A program made the position numbers and the translations under genes. From contig CAJINV010000002.1 of NCBI GenBank assembly GCA_905178155.1, positions 6,850,743 to 6,914,742 on the forward strand: a DNA stretch of 64,000 nucleotides, given 5' to 3'. The DNA is from Amoebophrya sp. A120. Lineage: Eukaryota > Protista > Dinoflagellata. Below are positions 59,817 through 64,000 of the stretch, one piece after another (positions within the stretch are counted from its first letter, which is position 1; each line of letters opens with the position of its first letter). The notes under the pieces are model-generated. The model was not told where the DNA came from and made no database searches. It saw nothing but the letters and a program-made list of their open reading frames with translations.

Positions 59817-62800
59817 ATGGCCCACCTTCTGGAATACGCGAAGCAGTCTATGGCTGCGGTGAGAGAGGAATTGGAAGAGGCATTGAAGCAGGAAGAAGAA
59901 GAGGACCCCGGCGAGTTTGCCGACGGGGCACAGCGAACAAATCAAGGCGGAGATACCCACCACGACGAACAACCGCAGCTCGGTTTTTCCAAGCTCGCAG
60001 AGGCGATCGGGGCCGGTGTGACCCAGATCGTTGAGCAGGCAAACGACTACCATGCCGCCGCTAGTCAAAGCAGAGCTGCTGCGGCCGCAAGCGGGGGAAA
60101 TGCTTTTAGCATTGGAAGTGCTGGATTGAAGCAGCCTGCGCCGCCACCGCTAAGTGCAACGGCAGGCGTTGCTGCGCCTCATCATCCTCAGCCGCCACCA
60201 ATGCCGCAGAGCAGAACAAACCCGCTTACTGGTGGCCCCATAATTCTCGCCGGTGGTTCAACTGCTGGCAGCTCCTCATCTTCTACAGCGCCTGTGGCAG
60301 GGTACGCAGCTCCTGCTGCACCGGCCAGTAAATCCGGAGGCCGAGGTCCGTTGTTTTCCACCTCCTCCGCCCCCTTGGACACCGGCGGAGACGAACAAGT
60401 GCTTGCGAATCTGCGAAATTTGCAAGGAGGGGGCGGCGACCAAGCTGCACGACCTCCCGCACTGGGCACTGCGACGTCAGCACCAAACACGACTTCGCAA
60501 CGGGAGTTTTCCCCGAAAGCACGACCTGCAGTCCAACAGCAACATCCCAATAGTGCACAAATCATGACTCCGTCCCAGCTAACACCCACACTGGTGCCTG
60601 CAGGGGGAGCAGTAGATCCTGGAGCTACAACTGCTAGTGCAGTTGCTTCCACCGCGGTGGGAGGTGTACAAGAACTTCCCGTCGGCCCCGGCGTGCCGCG
60701 AAGTGCAGCTGCACAAAATGCGGGCCACCTGAGCCCAAGGTCTGCAGCTGCCGGAGTGGGCCTCGCAGGTAAAAATCCGTTGCAGCAGCAGCAGCTCCCT
60801 GGTGCGAGCGCAACGCCAACTGCTTCGAGCGCATTGTCCGGTGCTACTAGCCAACCGCCTAGGCCTCCCCTGACCCCACCCTTAACGACCGCGACATCCT
60901 CTACAGGTTCGTCCGCGCCAGCAGCAATGCCCCCAGCACCACCAACCGCAGCTGAGCAGCTCACAGCGGCCGCAGCGGGCCGGCCGCTTTTCGGAGGTCC
61001 CACAACTACACCCGCACCGCCGAGTGTGAACAACCCAAATCCACTTCCAAGACCGATTCCTCAGCACCAGCAAACCCCGCTGGCAGTTGCACCAACTCCA
61101 CCATCAACCTTGGTCTCGGCTGCGCAAGTTTCAGCCCAGCATCCCCCACCAGGTACTGGTGGCCATGGTACGGCGCAGCAGTCGCTCGGAGTTCTTGCAG
61201 AGCACAGCACGACGACCGCAGCGGGGGCCTTGGGCGCAGCTGCAGGCAGCATCAAGATCAACCCAACCAGCAACCAGTTCTTCGAGCAATTGCAGCAATT
61301 CGCGGGCAGTGCCCAGCAAGCGATCTCGGAGTCGGTGACCCAGGTGCAGAAGCAACTGCAGGACCCAACCCAGCAACTCGAGCAGACCATCGCGGCTATC
61401 AAGCTGACGGACCACAAGGCGATTTGTGGGCTGGATTATCCAGGAAAAAACACCCATCCCCATCCATTTTTTGCATGACAAATAGCGGATTTTATGCATG
61501 TTTTGCATGACAAGTTGGATGGGGATGGGTGTTTTTTCCTGGATATGGATTTGCAGGTTTACATGCAAATATTGCTGTCCATGCGAATTTTGCCCGAGGA
61601 CCACAGGACCGTGTTTATGGAGATGCTCACGCAGAACGATTTGGGAACACCGTATTTGGAAAATTGATTTTGAGGACTGATTAGAAGAAATTGAATGAAA
61701 TTATCTCCTTGCTGATTTCGAGATGCAGTTTTGTGCCGACAACGTGCCTGGGTTTTTCTAGTAACTATAGTAGAGAGGAACTTTTTCGCACGGAGTTCGT
61801 TGAAGTTGATTCATTTCAGCAGAAAATGAATATCCCAGTGACCTCCAGCGCGAGGGGTTGCAGTACCTGCTTCTGTACATCACGAAACTGAACCGCAAGA
61901 TGAAGATGATGCAGGCCGACATCCAGAAGGTCGGGCAGGACTACCTGCTGTTGCAGCAAAACTACAAGGAGGCGCAGGAAGAAGTCCGGAATCACCAGGC
62001 GGACGAGGCTCTTCGACAGGAACTGGAAACGGCGAAAATGAAGGTCGCGAAACTGGAGGAAGTGCTGCGGGAAAAGGAAGAAGTATTTATCTATTTTGGA
62101 TGATCGTCTTTTTGTAAGAGATGAGCATGAAGTAAGAGGATGAGCGACTGGTGCGAGAGATGCGTGAGAGTTCTTTCCTCACCACAACCGCAAGGAATCG
62201 ACTCCGGTTCCTTCATCAAAAAGTCTATTGAGATGAAACTATTCTGGCTAAAGATAAAGAACCTAGAAATCCATGCAAATTTCAACAAGAATCCACTTTC
62301 GGAGATCTGCCTTGCAAACCTCCAGCTAATATCACTATTTCACTACTACAGCAACAAGGAACCTCCTTGAACCTGCTGCAGCAGACCTTCGAGGACCTGA
62401 CGGCCGAGCACGACCAGACCCTCCGCCGCTTAGCCGCGGTGAGGGAGGAAAATGAGGCGCTGAAGAACAAAACTACAGGTGGTACCAATTCTACTTCCGG
62501 TGGAGGAGCGACAGCATCTACTTCTTCCGCAGGCAATGCAAACCACTCCTCTGGCGTAAATTCGACTTTGCAGCGGACCATCAATCCCAAATCTCCCAGT
62601 TCGTCCAACAGCAAGGAATCCACAGCTACCCCACTGCACGACAACGATTCCGAGGCCCAGCAGCAACAGATCGACGCACTGCAGAAGCAGGTCAAGGGGT
62701 TACACCGAGATTTGGAGCGACTCCTCCGGGAAAAGGAAGAACATTTTTTCGAGAAAGAAAATTTCGTCGATAGAAGGTTAGTTCTGTCCATGGCCTCGCA

Positions 62801-63191
62801 ACTCCAGAGCGAGCCAAAACCGGCGCTGAAGGACAAGATTTTAGCGCAGATGATCGAAGTGCTCTGTGTCGACGAAACGTGGAAGCAGTTGATGCCCCAG
62901 AGACCGGTGTCGACGCGGAACTCCAGAGACGACCTTGGGCGGGGCGCTAACGGAAAGCCCGCGCCCCTGTCCGATGCGCTGATTGATTTTGTCGATCGGG
63001 AGATCGAAGGGGCGGAAACGGGAGTAGTAGTCGGGGGCAGTAGATCTCCAGGCGCGGGGACGGGAGGAGGTGGTCCTTCTGTGGGCGCTGGCGGGATCAC
63101 GCCGACCGGGATTGCTGGTAGTTCTGCAGCGAGCAGTGGAAACAGCAATTCGGCGGGGTCTAGTCCGAGCTTTCCCGCCGTGCCGGGATAG
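59817..63191 (+). CDS. Golgin-like coiled-coil protein with a C-terminal GRAB domain (GMAP-210/Rud3/GC3-4-like), ~934 aa; exons 59817-61436, 61551-61651, 61839-62082, 62352-63191
   Basis: Coiled-coil heptads; VDRRLVLSM...KILAQMIEVLCVDETWKQ followed by LSDALIDFVDREI fits the GRAB + GA1 pattern by eye; exon sum 2805 nt is divisible by 3. Confidence 0.72.
61437..61545. mobile_element. Introner family E (inverted interior)
   Basis: Perfect family E TIR; DR tggat/tggat; contains an in-frame stop. Confidence 0.96.
61652..61838 (+). other. Canonical GT-AG intron (predicted)
   Basis: gtattt...atcccag; join LGTPDLQREG. Confidence 0.75.
62083..62351 (+). other. Canonical GT-AG intron (predicted)
   Basis: gtattt...ctacag; join EKEEQQGTSLN. 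Confidence 0.78.
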
Positions 63192-64000
63192 AAGCAGCTG
63201 TCACAGTATTGATGAAGCCAAAGGTGGTCGTGAAAACCACACTTCGAAACGACATAGCGACTTTTTTTCTCATGAAAATAGAATAGTACTACCTCCTACG
63301 ACGCGACGCGAGTGTAAGTTTGTAAATTTCTCTACCACATGCACTCCTGGTCGAATGAAGACCAGGCGCTGGCTGTCGTAACGTGCGCGTAGACGAGAAG
63401 CGAGAGGAAGGGCTCCTGTTAGTTTGAAAGCTCACCTCATGAAGATGATCTTCTCACGACCCAGTCCGGTAATTTTAATTCATCGATCATGGTAAAATTT
63501 GATGAACGACTTCGATGAAAAATTATTTTTCGAAAGAACACGATCGAAGTACAACTAGTAGAAGGAGAAACAGTTGTCGGTGAAAAATTGAAAGAATTCT
63601 GCAGCTCGGTCTCTTTTGGAAAAGGATCACTGCTCGGATATATGATTCATCGGTCAACAGCAGCTGGCACCAAGTCCAAAACCGAGTTTCGCTTTTTTGC
63701 AGCCAACTTTCAAAGTTAATGTGATACAGCAGGGAAATAACGGAAACTACGAAAAAAGTGACGACGACCAGTGCGAGCTTTATATACTTTTAGTTACCTC
63801 GACGCCATTTTGATTTCTGAATGCACAAACCTGCTTACAACGAACACAATCAGAAGTTACCTTTTACCATTACCACACTTACTCACTATTCAACACGAAC
63901 GACGCGTAGCGTGACCTCACTTTTACTTCTCGATCCGACACCTTTATTGAGCTTCAGTGCTTAGTAGATCTTTGTACTTACTCCAAGATCTTTCTGCTCG

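Noticed and set aside
6446-61545. Recurrent peptides in the ORF track (YPGKNTHPHP, IQEKTPIPI, FQTQTFLHLI) as a repeated protein domain
   Set aside because: They are translations of introner TIRs in various frames
49690-63148. Long minus-strand ORFs (49690-50625, 60188-61033, 62282-63148)
   Set aside because: Antisense shadows of GC-rich + strand coding sequence with no independent domain signal

Overview
Eukaryotic genomic DNA with all recognisable genes on the + strand and proteins bloated by Ser/Thr/Gly/Pro low-complexity insertions. The overall picture resembles the parasitic dinoflagellate relative Amoebophrya (Syndiniales); this is an inference from the intron system, the one-strand gene order and TTTAGGG-like repeats. 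The dominant feature is 48 short (109-717 bp) MITE-like elements in at least 7 families inserted inside coding sequence. They nearly all start TA(T) and end (A)TA, have terminal inverted repeats (TIRs), and are flanked by a 5-bp direct repeat (DR). Removing each element plus one DR copy restores the reading frame in every case I traced, so they behave as non-GT-AG 'introner' introns. Doing this by hand reassembles a single 29.3-kb gene (6351-35685) with 42 such introns, encoding ~6,139 aa with two PIP5K-like domains. Other genes are a NIPA-like transporter, a TSP1-repeat membrane protein, a WNK-like kinase with a ~500-aa insertion in its activation segment, and a GRAB-domain golgin. Three larger (1.1-3 kb) TIR/foldback elements without a recognisable transposase, a few canonical GT-AG introns, a 2136-bp tandem duplication and an array of 40-bp palindromes are also present. 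All coordinates were read by eye and no transcript evidence is available.
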